A stretch of 64,000 nucleotides of DNA, from assembly GCA_026126305.1 (NCBI GenBank), contig JAHCJI010000012.1:13303-77302 (forward strand), given 5' to 3'. This document shows, in pieces, positions 1 through 9,246 of the stretch. Source of the DNA: Phycisphaeraceae bacterium (lineage in GTDB: Bacteria; Planctomycetota; Phycisphaerae; Phycisphaerales; UBA1924). Numbering within the stretch: the stretch's first letter is position 1; each line of letters opens with the position of its first letter. The notes below the pieces were generated by a model. That model did no database searches. It worked only from the letters and a program-made list of their open reading frames with translations, and was not told the DNA's origin. Both the position numbers and the translations under genes were made by a program.

Positions 1-1515
1 GAAGCGCTCCAGGGCCCGGTGGTCGATCGCCTGCAAGGGCCCATTGATGGGGGCAACCAACCGTCGATGCGATTTGGGGTGGGTGAGGACGATCTGCCGG
101 AGATCACGACGGCCCGTTTTGTGAAGGCCAAGGACCAACTGGTTGCTGGCACGGCCAATGGCGTTGCCTTCTTTACGCAGGTGGCGCAGAACCTTGGGCT
201 CGGCAGCGCGGCCGATCTGGTGGGGTATGTCGAGAGCGGGACGGACCCGACGGCACCGAGGTACTTCCGGGTCGACCCCGACAGCAACCACGACGGCCTG
301 CCGGACAACTGGGACACGGCGTACTTTGAGCGTTCTCCCTTCAACAGCCCGAACTTCACCGATTGGTATTACCGTCCCGTGTTCGAGAACATGGTGTTCA
401 AGGACGCGGTGATCGATCCGGGATTGAACGCATTGTTCGTGAACTGCACGTTCGTGGGCATCACCTATGTCCGCACCGAAGTGAGCAACGCGCACTTGAA
501 CTGGGAACTGTACGGGCGGCTCCGTTATGACACGGGATCTGGCCGGCCCCAGCCCGAGGCTCCGCGTGTTGTGATCGCTGACGCTGGTGAGTTTCCCACG
601 GACGTGCTGCCGGCGTCGGCGTTGCCGCCCGAGCAGGACTGGCGGATCCCGGTGAGCCCGTTCACCCAGGCGCTGGACAAGGCGGACTTCCTGTTCAACG
701 CTCGGCCTGTGAACTTCGACGACCTGCTGGATCCGATCCTGATCGGCGGGCGACGCGTGACGAACACGAGGCGTCACTCGAACAACATCCGATTCCACGA
801 TTGCCTGTTCATCGGTTCGATCGTGAGCGACACACCGGCGCAGTACACGCCCACACGCAACAAGATGCAGTTTACGGGCGCGACGCGATTCCTGCGTCAG
901 CACCCAGACCCCGACAAGCGTTCCGATGAGCGTTTCCGGCCTGACGCAGCGGATGAGGAGTTGATCGATCTTTCGAGCATGATGCTTCCTGGATACTCGG
1001 TGGACCTGGGCACGTTCAACAGCCCGCCGACACAGGATGTTCAGTTGAGCGGGGTGATCGTCGCGGGCGTGCTGGACATCCGTGGGAACGCGACGATCGA
1101 TGGTGCCCTGCTGATGACCTTCAAGCCCGTGTCGGGTCAGCCGCCACTGGTGGATCAGTTCGGCATTCCCGTGGGCAACCCGGCGATGTTCAACACGACA
1201 CTTGGGTACTTCGGGCCCGAGGATGGGGACGCCGAATCTCTGAACCCCGCGACACTGCCCATGGCGATGGCGCTGGACCCGGTTTCGGGAGAGATGCGGT
1301 TGCAGAAGATCGTGGGCTATGACACCACCGGCGACGGCCTGGCGGATGTGCGGCACGATGCATCGCCGATTCCGGATGGTGCCGTCCCGGTTCCATTCCA
1401 CGGGTATGGACGCGTACACCTGCGTTTCAATTCGGACATGGCCCTGCCCGACGGGATCATGCTGCCGGTCCAGCTCAGAACCTTGTCGGGCTCGTACCGG
1501 GAGGGCCGCCCATGA
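1..1515 (+). CDS. 5'-partial large secreted protein of unknown family, possibly parallel beta-helix-like
   Basis: The frame is open from the window edge, with no stop before the GTG at 19. Recurrent segments such as NCTFVGITYV, IRFHDCLFIGSIV and GNATIDGALLM suggest a beta-helix. The stop overlaps the next start (ATGA at 1512-1515), so the gene is probably co-transcribed with a pseudopilin gene. Confidence 0.6.
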   Translation, partial: EALQGPVVDRLQGPIDGGNQPSMRFGVGEDDLPEITTARFVKAKDQLVAGTANGVAFFTQVAQNLGLGSAADLVGYVESGTDPTAPRYFRVDPDSNHDGLPDNWDTAYFERSPFNSPNFTDWYYRPVFENMVFKDAVIDPGLNALFVNCTFVGITYVRTEVSNAHLNWELYGRLRYDTGSGRPQPEAPRVVIADAGEFPTDVLPASALPPEQDWRIPVSPFTQALDKADFLFNARPVNFDDLLDPILIGGRRVTNTRRHSNNIRFHDCLFIGSIVSDTPAQYTPTRNKMQFTGATRFLRQHPDPDKRSDERFRPDAADEELIDLSSMMLPGYSVDLGTFNSPPTQDVQLSGVIVAGVLDIRGNATIDGALLMTFKPVSGQPPLVDQFGIPVGNPAMFNTTLGYFGPEDGDAESLNPATLPMAMALDPVSGEMRLQKIVGYDTTGDGLADVRHDASPIPDGAVPVPFHGYGRVHLRFNSDMALPDGIMLPVQLRTLSGSYREGRP

Positions 1516-2138
1516 GAACGCACCGACACGCTCGCCGAATCGTTCGGGGCTTCAGCCTGATCGAGATGATGGTGGCGTTGGCGATCAGCGCGGCCTTGCT
1601 CACGGCATCGCTGGCGGCCTTGGACACGAGTTTCAAGAGCTACCAGCAGACCAGCGATACGGCCTCGACGCACGTGGTGACGCGGATCGTGGCGCACCGG
1701 GTGCTGACGATGATCCGCACGGGTCATGAGTTTGCGCCGTACCCCATCGACGTGCTGGACCTGACGCAGAACCCGATGTTCACCAACACCATCGAGTTCG
1801 TCAGCGCCGAGGACGAGGGCACGAACTTCCGCGAGATCACGCGGATCTATGCCGAATTGGACCCCGATGCCGCGAACGGCTCGCAGCGGCTGATGTTGAC
1901 CATCGACGAGTTTCTTGAGGGTGTGCTGAGCTCGACGCAGACACGGGTGCTGCTGCGGGGCGTCCTGGACGCGACGTTCACGCTGGAGTATGACATCGGA
2001 CCTCGGCTGCGGCGTGCGACCATCGACCTGACGGTGGAGTCAAGCGACGTTGGGGCGGCGAGCCTGAACGCGAACTGGGACACGCCCAGCCTCCGGCTGG
2101 TGGCCAGCGCTTCGCCGAGGCGATTGCAGGATCGGTAA
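1512..2138 (+). CDS. prepilin-type N-terminal cleavage/methylation domain protein (pseudopilin-like)
   Basis: The N-terminus RRIVRGFSLIEMMVALAISAALLTASLAAL is the canonical G/FSLIE motif followed by a hydrophobic helix. The start overlaps the upstream stop. Confidence 0.85.
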   Translation: MRTHRHARRIVRGFSLIEMMVALAISAALLTASLAALDTSFKSYQQTSDTASTHVVTRIVAHRVLTMIRTGHEFAPYPIDVLDLTQNPMFTNTIEFVSAEDEGTNFREITRIYAELDPDAANGSQRLMLTIDEFLEGVLSSTQTRVLLRGVLDATFTLEYDIGPRLRRATIDLTVESSDVGAASLNANWDTPSLRLVASASPRRLQDR

Positions 2139-2210
2139 GGAGCCTGCGGCTACCCTGCTGCACCCCGAACATAGGCTGCCGAGAGTCGGTGACTGTGCTA
2201 CGCTGGTGGC

Positions 2211-3338
2211 ATGGCCTATACCGCCCTTGCCCGCCGTTATCGCAGCCAGGATTTTGATACCGTCGTGGGTCAGGAGGCTGTGGCCCGTACCTTGGCCAAG
2301 GCCATCGAGCAGGGGCGGGTTGCCCACGCGTACCTGTTCTGCGGCACGCGTGGAGTAGGCAAGACGTCGATGGCTCGGATCTTCGCCAAGGCGCTTGCGG
2401 GGGGCAGCCCCGAGGCCGATCGGGCGATCATGGCCGGGCAGGATACGGACGTGATCGAGATCGACGCGGCGAGCAATCGTGGCGTGGACAACGCCCGGGA
2501 CCTGATCGCCAACGCGGGGTACATGCCCCTGCGTGGGAAGATCAAGGTGTACATCATCGACGAGGTCCACATGCTGACTAAGGAGGCGTTCAACGCGCTC
2601 CTCAAGACGATGGAAGAGCCGCCCGAGCACGTGAAGTTCATCCTGTGTACGACCGAGGCCAACAAGGTGCCGCCGACGATCCAGAGCCGGTGCCAGCGGT
2701 TTGACTTCCGCATGATCCCCGCGTCGAGCATCGCCGAGCACCTGCGGGCGGTGTGTGCGCAAGAGGGCGTGGGAGCGGACGAGGACGTATTGCTGGCGGT
2801 CGCACGGCTTGGTGCGGGTTCGATGCGTGATGCACTGAGCCTGCTGGACCGTCTGATGGCCGCGGGCGATGCCCGGCTGACGCTGGCTCGTTTGGAGGAG
2901 TTGCTGGGCCTGCCCGACCGGGAACTGGTGGGGCGGTTGATCGATTCGATCGCTGCGGGTGACGCGAAGGGCGCGCTCGAGGCGGGCGATGACCTGCTTC
3001 GACTTGGGATCGGTCCAGAGCTGGCCATCGAGTCTTTGGCATCGCGGCTTCGAGACCTGATGGTGCTGTTGGTGTGTGGGCCCAGGACGACGCTACTGGA
3101 ACTCTCGGACATCGCCCGGCAGACCGAGGGAGAGCGTGCGGCCCGGTTCGACGCGCCGGCGTTGTCTTCGATGATCGCATTGTGCGAGACGGCGCAACGG
3201 GTGTGCCGAGAGAGCCCGGCACCTCGTACGATGTTCGACGCGGCGCTTGTGCGGCTTGCGATGAGCGAGAAGTTCGCGGACTTGACGGCCCTGGCGGCTA
3301 TGGCCGGGCGGGCGGCGGCTCCGGTGGGAAAAGCCTGA
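2211..3338 (+). CDS. dnaX: DNA polymerase III subunit gamma/tau, 0-frame (short, gamma-like) product
   Basis: Clamp-loader motifs are present: VVGQEAVARTL, HAYLFCGTRGVGKTS (Walker A), VYIIDEVHML (Walker B) and TIQSRCQRFDF (SRC). The usual Cys4 zinc module before DVIEIDAAS is absent. The ORF ends GTG GGA AAA GCC TGA. Confidence 0.95.
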   Translation: MAYTALARRYRSQDFDTVVGQEAVARTLAKAIEQGRVAHAYLFCGTRGVGKTSMARIFAKALAGGSPEADRAIMAGQDTDVIEIDAASNRGVDNARDLIANAGYMPLRGKIKVYIIDEVHMLTKEAFNALLKTMEEPPEHVKFILCTTEANKVPPTIQSRCQRFDFRMIPASSIAEHLRAVCAQEGVGADEDVLLAVARLGAGSMRDALSLLDRLMAAGDARLTLARLEELLGLPDRELVGRLIDSIAAGDAKGALEAGDDLLRLGIGPELAIESLASRLRDLMVLLVCGPRTTLLELSDIARQTEGERAARFDAPALSSMIALCETAQRVCRESPAPRTMFDAALVRLAMSEKFADLTALAAMAGRAAAPVGKA

Positions 3339-3371
3339 CGCCGGCGGTGGAGGCCACCGCGCCACCGCCGG
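3326..3371 (+). promoter_or_regulatory. candidate -1 programmed ribosomal frameshift cassette in dnaX (slippery heptamer, spacer, hairpin)
   Basis: G_GGA_AAA at 3326-3332 is in the X_XXY_YYZ phase of the dnaX frame. An 8-nt spacer follows. A perfect 10-bp stem can form between 3341-3350 (ccggcggtgg) and 3362-3371 (ccaccgccgg). An alternative 7-bp stem pairs 3344-3350 with 3354-3360. Confidence 0.5.
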
Positions 3372-3541
3372 CGAAGCCCGTGCAGAGCACCCCGTCACGG
3401 CGGCCGGCCCCCGCCGTTCAGGTCGAGGGCAAGCCGACCGTTGCATCGATGGGATCTGGCATCGCGCCTCACGACCACGCCCTGGTTCGGCGAGCGCGGG
3501 AACTGTTCGCCCCCGAAACGCCGACGGGCGGGGGTGGCTAA
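3332..3541 (+). other. dnaX: -1 frame continuation of dnaX (tau-like C-terminal extension, 69 codons)
   Basis: After a -1 slip the frame reads SLTPAVEATAPPPAKPVQSTPSRRPAPAVQVEGKPT...HALVRRARELFAPETPTGGGG, with the stop at 3539-3541. It is a Pro/Ala linker followed by a terminal helix that resembles the usual DnaX C-terminus (from memory). Confidence 0.5.
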
Positions 3542-3587
3542 GGTGTCTTGGTAGGGATCCACCAACGAACCTTTTGGAGGCCGAATC

Positions 3588-3932
3588 GTGGCACAGAAAA
3601 AATCTGGATTGATCAAGAATGTCGTCTTGCTGATGATCGTCTTGGCGTGCGGGGTTGGAGTCTGGTACTTCCTGACCAAGGACGCTGGGAAGATGAACGA
3701 GTCATCGATGCGTGCATGGTTCGAGTCGAGCCAATACGTCGAGGAAGCCCTGGACCTGGATAGCATGAAGAAGCGCCTGGGCCACGAGAGCCCGCAGGAT
3801 TTGGGGGAGGGGCGTTTTCGATTCGAGATGTCCCAGGTCAACCCGAAGAACCGGCTGATCGTCGAGGTCGTCTTCCGTGGGAATCGGGCCATCTCGCACA
3901 CGTTGTACGGCGTGCCGGACGATGACCGGTAG
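3588..3932 (+). CDS. small membrane-anchored hypothetical protein
   Basis: GTG start with a GGAGG motif 8 nt upstream. N-terminal transmembrane segment NVVLLMIVLACGVGVWYFL. Locally lower G+C. No family recognised. Confidence 0.6.
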   Translation: MAQKKSGLIKNVVLLMIVLACGVGVWYFLTKDAGKMNESSMRAWFESSQYVEEALDLDSMKKRLGHESPQDLGEGRFRFEMSQVNPKNRLIVEVVFRGNRAISHTLYGVPDDDR

Positions 3933-3953
3933 CACGAGGTTTTGGGGGGTTGC

Positions 3954-4343
3954 ATGTTCGACCAGATGCGTGCGTTCGGTGCGATCGCAAGCCTGATGAA
4001 GGACCGGCAGAAGCTGACCGACGCGGCCGTGCGCGTCCGCGAAACACTCGAAGCTTCCAGCGTTGTTGGATCTGCCGGTGGCGGGGCCGTCCTGGTGACG
4101 ATGAGCGGGGCGATGAAGGTTGTGGGCGTCCATGTCGAGCCGGCGCTTGCGGGGGCGTTCTCGGCGGACGCCCGCAGCCGAGAACTGGCCCAGCAATTGA
4201 TCGCCGAAGCGACCAACGACGCGTTGACCCAGGCGCAGGCTCTGGTACGCGAGATCATGGGTCAGGAAGCCAAATTGCTGGGCCTGCCCGAGGAACTCGC
4301 TTCGCAGATTGGCGGGCCGTTTTCTTCGGCACTGGGCCTGTGA
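3954..4343 (+). CDS. ybaB: YbaB/EbfC family nucleoid-associated protein
   Basis: MFDQMRAFGAIASLMKDRQKL...GGAVLVTMSGAMKVVGVHVEP fits the YbaB pattern and size. It sits downstream of dnaX, as in many bacteria. ATG 3954 is preferred over the TTG at 3942. Confidence 0.9.
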   Translation: MFDQMRAFGAIASLMKDRQKLTDAAVRVRETLEASSVVGSAGGGAVLVTMSGAMKVVGVHVEPALAGAFSADARSRELAQQLIAEATNDALTQAQALVREIMGQEAKLLGLPEELASQIGGPFSSALGL

Positions 4344-5050
4344 CGACCCGATTGATCGCCTTGGATGCCACGTTGCCGATGCGGATCGAGGTTCGCGGAA
4401 AGGGCCGCGCGCGCGATGCACGGATCGAAAGGGCGTGGGAGCACGCGTGCGCGACGAACCCCCGGCTGTTCGATGGGGACATCCTTGCGGTCCGTGGGAT
4501 CGATTCGGCCGCGTCCGTCGTCCACGCCTCGCCCGATCGTTTTTCGCATGTAGTGTGCCCGGTGCCCGGGGTGTCTCAGCGGGTGACGATCCTGAGCGTG
4601 ACGGGGGTGATCGAGGCGATGCTGGACGGCCTTGCGTGCGTCTTGATGGGACGGCGTGGGGCCTGCACACGGAGTTATCCGGGTATGTGGGAGTTCGCAC
4701 CGGCGGGGGGGCTGCACTCTGTTCAAGCGCCCGCGAGTCTTGGGCTGGAGCAAGTACTCTCGACGTTGACTTGTGAACTGGCCGAGGAAGCGGGCATCAA
4801 CGCGCCGCTGGAGGGGGTACGTGCCGTAGCGTTGGTAGCCGATGCGGAGGCCGACAGCGTGGACGTGATCGTTCGCGCCCGTCTTGCGGGCGAAGCGCCG
4901 GGCCCCGCGCCGGGCGGCGCGCACGAATGGGAGTACTCGTGCCTGCGATGGGTCCCACTCGATGGATTCGGTGCATTCGCGGCCAGCGAGCCCGGCGGCA
5001 TGATCGAGCCGACGCTCGTAGTGGCCCGATGGCTAGGCTGGTTGTCGTGA
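4340..5050 (+). CDS. NUDIX-family hydrolase
   Basis: Nudix-box-like segment GGLHSVQAPASLGLEQVLSTLTCELAEEAGI (REUxEExGU with R replaced by C). The GTG start overlaps the ybaB stop (GTGA). The upstream part of the 366-aa track ORF overlaps ybaB and is discarded. Confidence 0.75.
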   Translation: MTTRLIALDATLPMRIEVRGKGRARDARIERAWEHACATNPRLFDGDILAVRGIDSAASVVHASPDRFSHVVCPVPGVSQRVTILSVTGVIEAMLDGLACVLMGRRGACTRSYPGMWEFAPAGGLHSVQAPASLGLEQVLSTLTCELAEEAGINAPLEGVRAVALVADAEADSVDVIVRARLAGEAPGPAPGGAHEWEYSCLRWVPLDGFGAFAASEPGGMIEPTLVVARWLGWLS

Positions 5051-5051
5051 C

Positions 5052-8000
5052 TTACCCGCCGCCGCGTGGCGCTTCGCGCCTTCGCGGGATGCCCAGCAGG
5101 TCGGTGATCGTCTCGCCCGGCCTGAGCAACGGGCCGAGGAGTTGATCGCCTCGGCGTTCGATGAGCACGTTTGGCGCGGGCCGTATGGACGGGCCATCGA
5201 GCGACCCGGACACGCGCCAGGGCACGGTCGTGATGGCGCTGAAGCCCGGGACGGCGCGGCCGATGGCGCTTCCCAGCCCGGTATTGAACCTTCCGGCGGC
5301 CTCGTCCGAGAGTGCTGCCATGGGGATCCAGATCACCACGTCCATGGTGTTGTCATTGAGGTTGACGGCCCCTTCGGTGTTGAGGGTCAGGTCTCCCAGG
5401 GGCAGGTCGAATGGCTGATAAGTGAGCAGGCCGTTGGTCACGCCGATCTCGATGGGCTCGATGCGCCGGCCGAGGGCACCCTGTTCGCGCTGTCCGGTTG
5501 CCTTGAGCACGCCCGCGAGCAGGCTGCTGCTTCGGAAGCGGGCGGTGCCCAGGGCGATGGTGATGTTGCCATTGGCGTGCCCCCACTGGCCATTGGTGGG
5601 GATGGCCAGTCCTTGGGTGCGCACGATGGCCGGGCCGTCTTCGGGGCGCTTCTCGACCAGGAGCAACTCCGGGACGATCTCGGCGAAGCGGCGCGACACT
5701 TCGGGCCGGACCTCGCGGATGGTCAGGATGCTCTGCGGCTCGGGCATTGTGATGAGATGATTCTCCAGGCGTCCGTACGCGGAGGCCTGGGCCCTGGGGC
5801 CGCGGACACTGAAGCGCACGTTGGCGCTTGGCGGGGTGCCCGGGATGAGTTTTCCTTCGCTGATCTCGGCGTCGAGATCGACCACGTCGCCGATGAGTTC
5901 GGCCAGCAGGCCATCGCTATTGGTCATGGCGTCGGCAAGCGCGACGGGCACCTTGTCGCCACGCAGCGTGCCGCGGAAGATCGAATCCTGCAAGTCGATG
6001 CGTCCATCGGCGTCTGTGGGGTCGCTGAAGAGCCCGTTGAATTCGACGACACCCGCATCGCCCGCGCTGGCCTTTGCGGTGACGGCGAATCGCGCCGGGC
6101 CGACGCGTCGGTGCGTGGCCTCGATGGAGTGCAGACGGATATCGGGCCGGCCTTCGATGGCGATGGTGGCGTCCGTGCCCTTGAACGAGGCGTTGAGCCA
6201 GGCGTGCTCAGGAGCGAGGAGGACCCCGCCAGCCATTGGGTTGCCCACCTGCACGCGCTCCAGGGCGATCTCGAACGGGTCGGCCATTTCGATGCGGGCA
6301 CCGATCGCGGATTGGAGCCATGCGGCGTCTGGCTGCCACGCCAGCGATGCCGGGCCGGACAGGGCAATGGTGTCGCTGGCGAACTCGATATCGATGGGCC
6401 GGATGGATTTGAAGCGTGGTGTTTGCACGTCGATGTGAGCGCTCCGAGGCGCGTATTCGCCCGAGGGTGAGCGATCGATGGTGCCTTGGAGATCGAGCCG
6501 TCCGCCGTTGCCGAGCGCGCCGTCGAGCGCTTCTCTCGTGGCTGGCGTGCCGCCGGCCAGCGCCATGGCCAGGGCCGGGTTGAGTTGGTCGAGGCGGATA
6601 CTGGCGTCATATCCCTGTCGATCGTTGCTGAGCACCTCCGCCCGGAGCGTGGCGACGGGGCCTTGCTCGGGCGCGTCGAGGGCGAGATCGATCGTGGCCC
6701 GGGCACCGGCATCTCCGGTGAGCAGTTTGCCCGCACTGTTGAGGCTGGCTCGCAAGTCCTTGATGGCCACGGTTGTGGTCCTGGCGTCATCGGCATCGCC
6801 GATGGGCACCCCGGAGATCGTCCAGGGTGTGGCAAGAGCCGCGGTGACGCTCGTCGTCTCGAGGAGCGAGGCGAGGTCCGCGGGAGTGCCATCGAAGGGC
6901 AAGGTGGCGCTGCCGATGTCGACTCGAAGCGGTGCCCGGGCCAAGAGGCTGGTGCCGGGGAGATTGGCCATCGTGGCCACGCTTTGCCAGAGGGCGTCGC
7001 TGGGTGTGGCGTTCAGTGTGGCGCCGGTGAGTGTGATGCCTTGCGGCGAGGCCGACAGGCCGGTCGTGTGCAGGCCGACGTGCTGCGTGTCGATGGTGAG
7101 TCGGGCGGCAAGGCTCTGGCCCGGTTCGGGCTCGTGGAGCTGGAGTTTGACAGTCGCCTGCGGACCAAGGGCATCTCGAAGCCACGCTTCGAGCGGTCGA
7201 TCGGCCACGACCGTACCCAGGACACTGGCCATCTGGGTTGGCGCTCGCAATTCGAGATCGCCCAGGACGACAGGCCATTGGTCTTGCAGCAGGCTTTGCA
7301 AGCCTTGCATGCGGATGTTGGCGCTGAGGTTTGCCGCGATAGCGTCGATCGTTGGTGAAGCGTTGAGTTGCACCGCAGCGGTGTTGTCCTGGGCTTGCAA
7401 GGCAACGTGGAGCCTGGGCAGGACCACGGAGGGCTGGTCTGGCACGCGGAGTTGCATCTGCATAGCCTGGGCGTCGACGCGAACACTGGCGTCCTGGAAC
7501 CTGGGCGAGAGGCCTTGCATGGGCAGGGTGGCCCGGCCAGCTTCGAGGGTCAGACCTCGGCCGTTGGTCAGCACCCAGCCCGGTGGCATCCAGGGCTTGA
7601 GTGCCTCGTTGGGGCGTGCCACGTGCAGGATCAGCGGTGTCGTGAGTTCGATGGCCTGCTCGCTCCAGGCTGCGCTGGCCGAAGCGCGCAGATGCGGGGC
7701 GTTGATGCTGGCTGTCAGCAGGGCTCGATCGTCCTGACCCGATCCCCATTCGATCGAGGCATCGATCATGCCGCCAACAAAGGCGGCCAGGTCCAGGCCC
7801 ATGGACTCGACCTCCGAGAGCCAGGGCTTGGCCGCGAGCGTGGGCAATTGGTCGAGTCGCAGCGTCGCCTGGGGCAGCAGCGCGATGATCGCCCCGGGCG
7901 TCGGCTCGGGAAGCTCGAAGCCCTCGGGCCCCGGCGGCAAAATCTGGGCCGAGAGTGTGAGCGTGCCGTCGGGCCTGCCGCGTACACCGGCCTTGAGCAA

Positions 8001-9242
8001 GACATCGAGGGCAACCGCGGGTGCATCGGCTCGCTTGGCGAGGGTGACGAGCAGTTCGTTAGCCCGCACTTCGACGGGCTGGCCTTCTGGGGTCGGTACG
8101 TTCATGAGCGTGCGGCCGGCCCACAAACGCAACACGCCCGAGGCCGCCCGCACGTCTGGCGCGGCCCCTTGCATGGGAATAGTCAGATGATCGATCGTCA
8201 GGTTCAGTCGGCTGGCTTGGGTGATCTCCACGCGCTCGTCGGGCAACAGCAGCACTCGCAGCGTGTCGTTGGCCAGGAACGCGGCGGCGTCGGCCTCGAA
8301 TCGGGCGGGCTCGGTCAGCGTCATGACGCCCTCGCGCGACACCATGGAGAAGTTGGCCGAGATCGACCGGGAGGCGACCCGCAGCGTGGCTTGCTGGGGC
8401 GCGCCGGCTTGCAAGGCAAGGGACACATCAAGATCGAGCCCGCCAAGGGCCGTGACTCCCGCGGATTCAACCGCCTCGACGCTGCCGCTGAGCCCGGCCA
8501 GCGCCCGGGCGGCATCGACGGTGATGTTGTCCAGATCGGCTTCGGCGTTGCCGGTGAGGGTGTTCAGATCGAATCGGGCAGAAGCGTTGAGTGTTCCCTG
8601 ACTTGGGGCGTTGGCGATCTCATCGCGGGCCGTGGCAGGCCGGGCGAGCGCGACGATGCTGCCCTTGGCTTGCACGTGCAGGTTGGCACCGCTGGCGACC
8701 GCTTCGCCCTGGAACTTCGCGATGCCAACGGTTGGCGTGCCATCGCGGGTGAAGGCAAGGTCGAGCCCGTCGAGGATGACGCGCGTGAAGGGCAGCTTGA
8801 GCTCGCTGGCGGGTGTGGATGGGGCCGCAGCGGTCTGTTGGGTTCGCTCCATTCCCAGGGCGCGCTCGACGTTGGTGACGCCCTGCTCGTCCATGGAAAC
8901 GTGCGCCCAGCCTTGGATGGTGACATCGTCCCGGAGCGTGCCGTCGAACAGGCCGAGCAGGCCGCCGCCCGTGCGGAGGCTGACACTGGCGATGGTGTCG
9001 CCTGTGGTGTCATAGAGCGTGGCCTGTTCGACGGCCATCGTGCCCGTCCAGGTGAGTTTGACGCGCGCCACTTCAATGCGGCCGGGCAGGTTGGCCTTGC
9101 CGGCCAGGGCGGGCACGACGGCACCGGCGATGGTCGGACCTAGCAGGACCACCACCAGCGCGAGGAGCAGGCAGGCACCACCACCCCACACGAGCACCTT
9201 GCGCAGCGGGCGGCGTGGACGACGCGGACGGGCCTCGGACAT
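5052..9242 (-). CDS. giant membrane-anchored AsmA/TamB-like protein
   Basis: Starts MSEARPRRPRRPLRK followed by a single transmembrane helix (VLVWGGGACLLLALVVVLLGP). About 1350 aa of Ala/Thr/Leu-rich beta-type sequence follows. The family is assigned by architecture only. ATG 9242 was chosen within the longer ORF. Confidence 0.7.
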   Translation of the reverse strand: MSEARPRRPRRPLRKVLVWGGGACLLLALVVVLLGPTIAGAVVPALAGKANLPGRIEVARVKLTWTGTMAVEQATLYDTTGDTIASVSLRTGGGLLGLFDGTLRDDVTIQGWAHVSMDEQGVTNVERALGMERTQQTAAAPSTPASELKLPFTRVILDGLDLAFTRDGTPTVGIAKFQGEAVASGANLHVQAKGSIVALARPATARDEIANAPSQGTLNASARFDLNTLTGNAEADLDNITVDAARALAGLSGSVEAVESAGVTALGGLDLDVSLALQAGAPQQATLRVASRSISANFSMVSREGVMTLTEPARFEADAAAFLANDTLRVLLLPDERVEITQASRLNLTIDHLTIPMQGAAPDVRAASGVLRLWAGRTLMNVPTPEGQPVEVRANELLVTLAKRADAPAVALDVLLKAGVRGRPDGTLTLSAQILPPGPEGFELPEPTPGAIIALLPQATLRLDQLPTLAAKPWLSEVESMGLDLAAFVGGMIDASIEWGSGQDDRALLTASINAPHLRASASAAWSEQAIELTTPLILHVARPNEALKPWMPPGWVLTNGRGLTLEAGRATLPMQGLSPRFQDASVRVDAQAMQMQLRVPDQPSVVLPRLHVALQAQDNTAAVQLNASPTIDAIAANLSANIRMQGLQSLLQDQWPVVLGDLELRAPTQMASVLGTVVADRPLEAWLRDALGPQATVKLQLHEPEPGQSLAARLTIDTQHVGLHTTGLSASPQGITLTGATLNATPSDALWQSVATMANLPGTSLLARAPLRVDIGSATLPFDGTPADLASLLETTSVTAALATPWTISGVPIGDADDARTTTVAIKDLRASLNSAGKLLTGDAGARATIDLALDAPEQGPVATLRAEVLSNDRQGYDASIRLDQLNPALAMALAGGTPATREALDGALGNGGRLDLQGTIDRSPSGEYAPRSAHIDVQTPRFKSIRPIDIEFASDTIALSGPASLAWQPDAAWLQSAIGARIEMADPFEIALERVQVGNPMAGGVLLAPEHAWLNASFKGTDATIAIEGRPDIRLHSIEATHRRVGPARFAVTAKASAGDAGVVEFNGLFSDPTDADGRIDLQDSIFRGTLRGDKVPVALADAMTNSDGLLAELIGDVVDLDAEISEGKLIPGTPPSANVRFSVRGPRAQASAYGRLENHLITMPEPQSILTIREVRPEVSRRFAEIVPELLLVEKRPEDGPAIVRTQGLAIPTNGQWGHANGNITIALGTARFRSSSLLAGVLKATGQREQGALGRRIEPIEIGVTNGLLTYQPFDLPLGDLTLNTEGAVNLNDNTMDVVIWIPMAALSDEAAGRFNTGLGSAIGRAVPGFSAITTVPWRVSGSLDGPSIRPAPNVLIERRGDQLLGPLLRPGETITDLLGIPRRREAPRGGG

Positions 9243-9246
9243 GCGG

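Noticed and set aside
2139-2210. Possible SRP (4.5S) RNA upstream of dnaX, a common neighbourhood in bacteria.
   Set aside because: The gap is only 72 nt, and I cannot find the conserved SRP domain IV motif or a long helix. An Infernal scan would be needed to be certain.
3074-3325. 5' part of the 155-aa alternative-frame ORF overlapping dnaX.
   Set aside because: It is not an independent gene. It lies inside the well-supported dnaX frame. Only the part downstream of the slippery heptamer (3332-3541) makes sense, as a dnaX extension.
3950-4339. N-terminal 130 codons of the 366-aa ORF that ends as the NUDIX protein.
   Set aside because: It overlaps ybaB in another frame and is Arg/Gly-rich. 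The NUDIX protein is better explained by the GTG at 4340 overlapping the ybaB stop.
7368-9143. 591-aa plus-strand ORF, together with 5142-6470 and 6478-7737.
   Set aside because: All three are antisense to the single 1396-aa TamB/AsmA-like gene. That gene has a coherent N-terminal membrane anchor and is coupled in an operon to the upstream gene.
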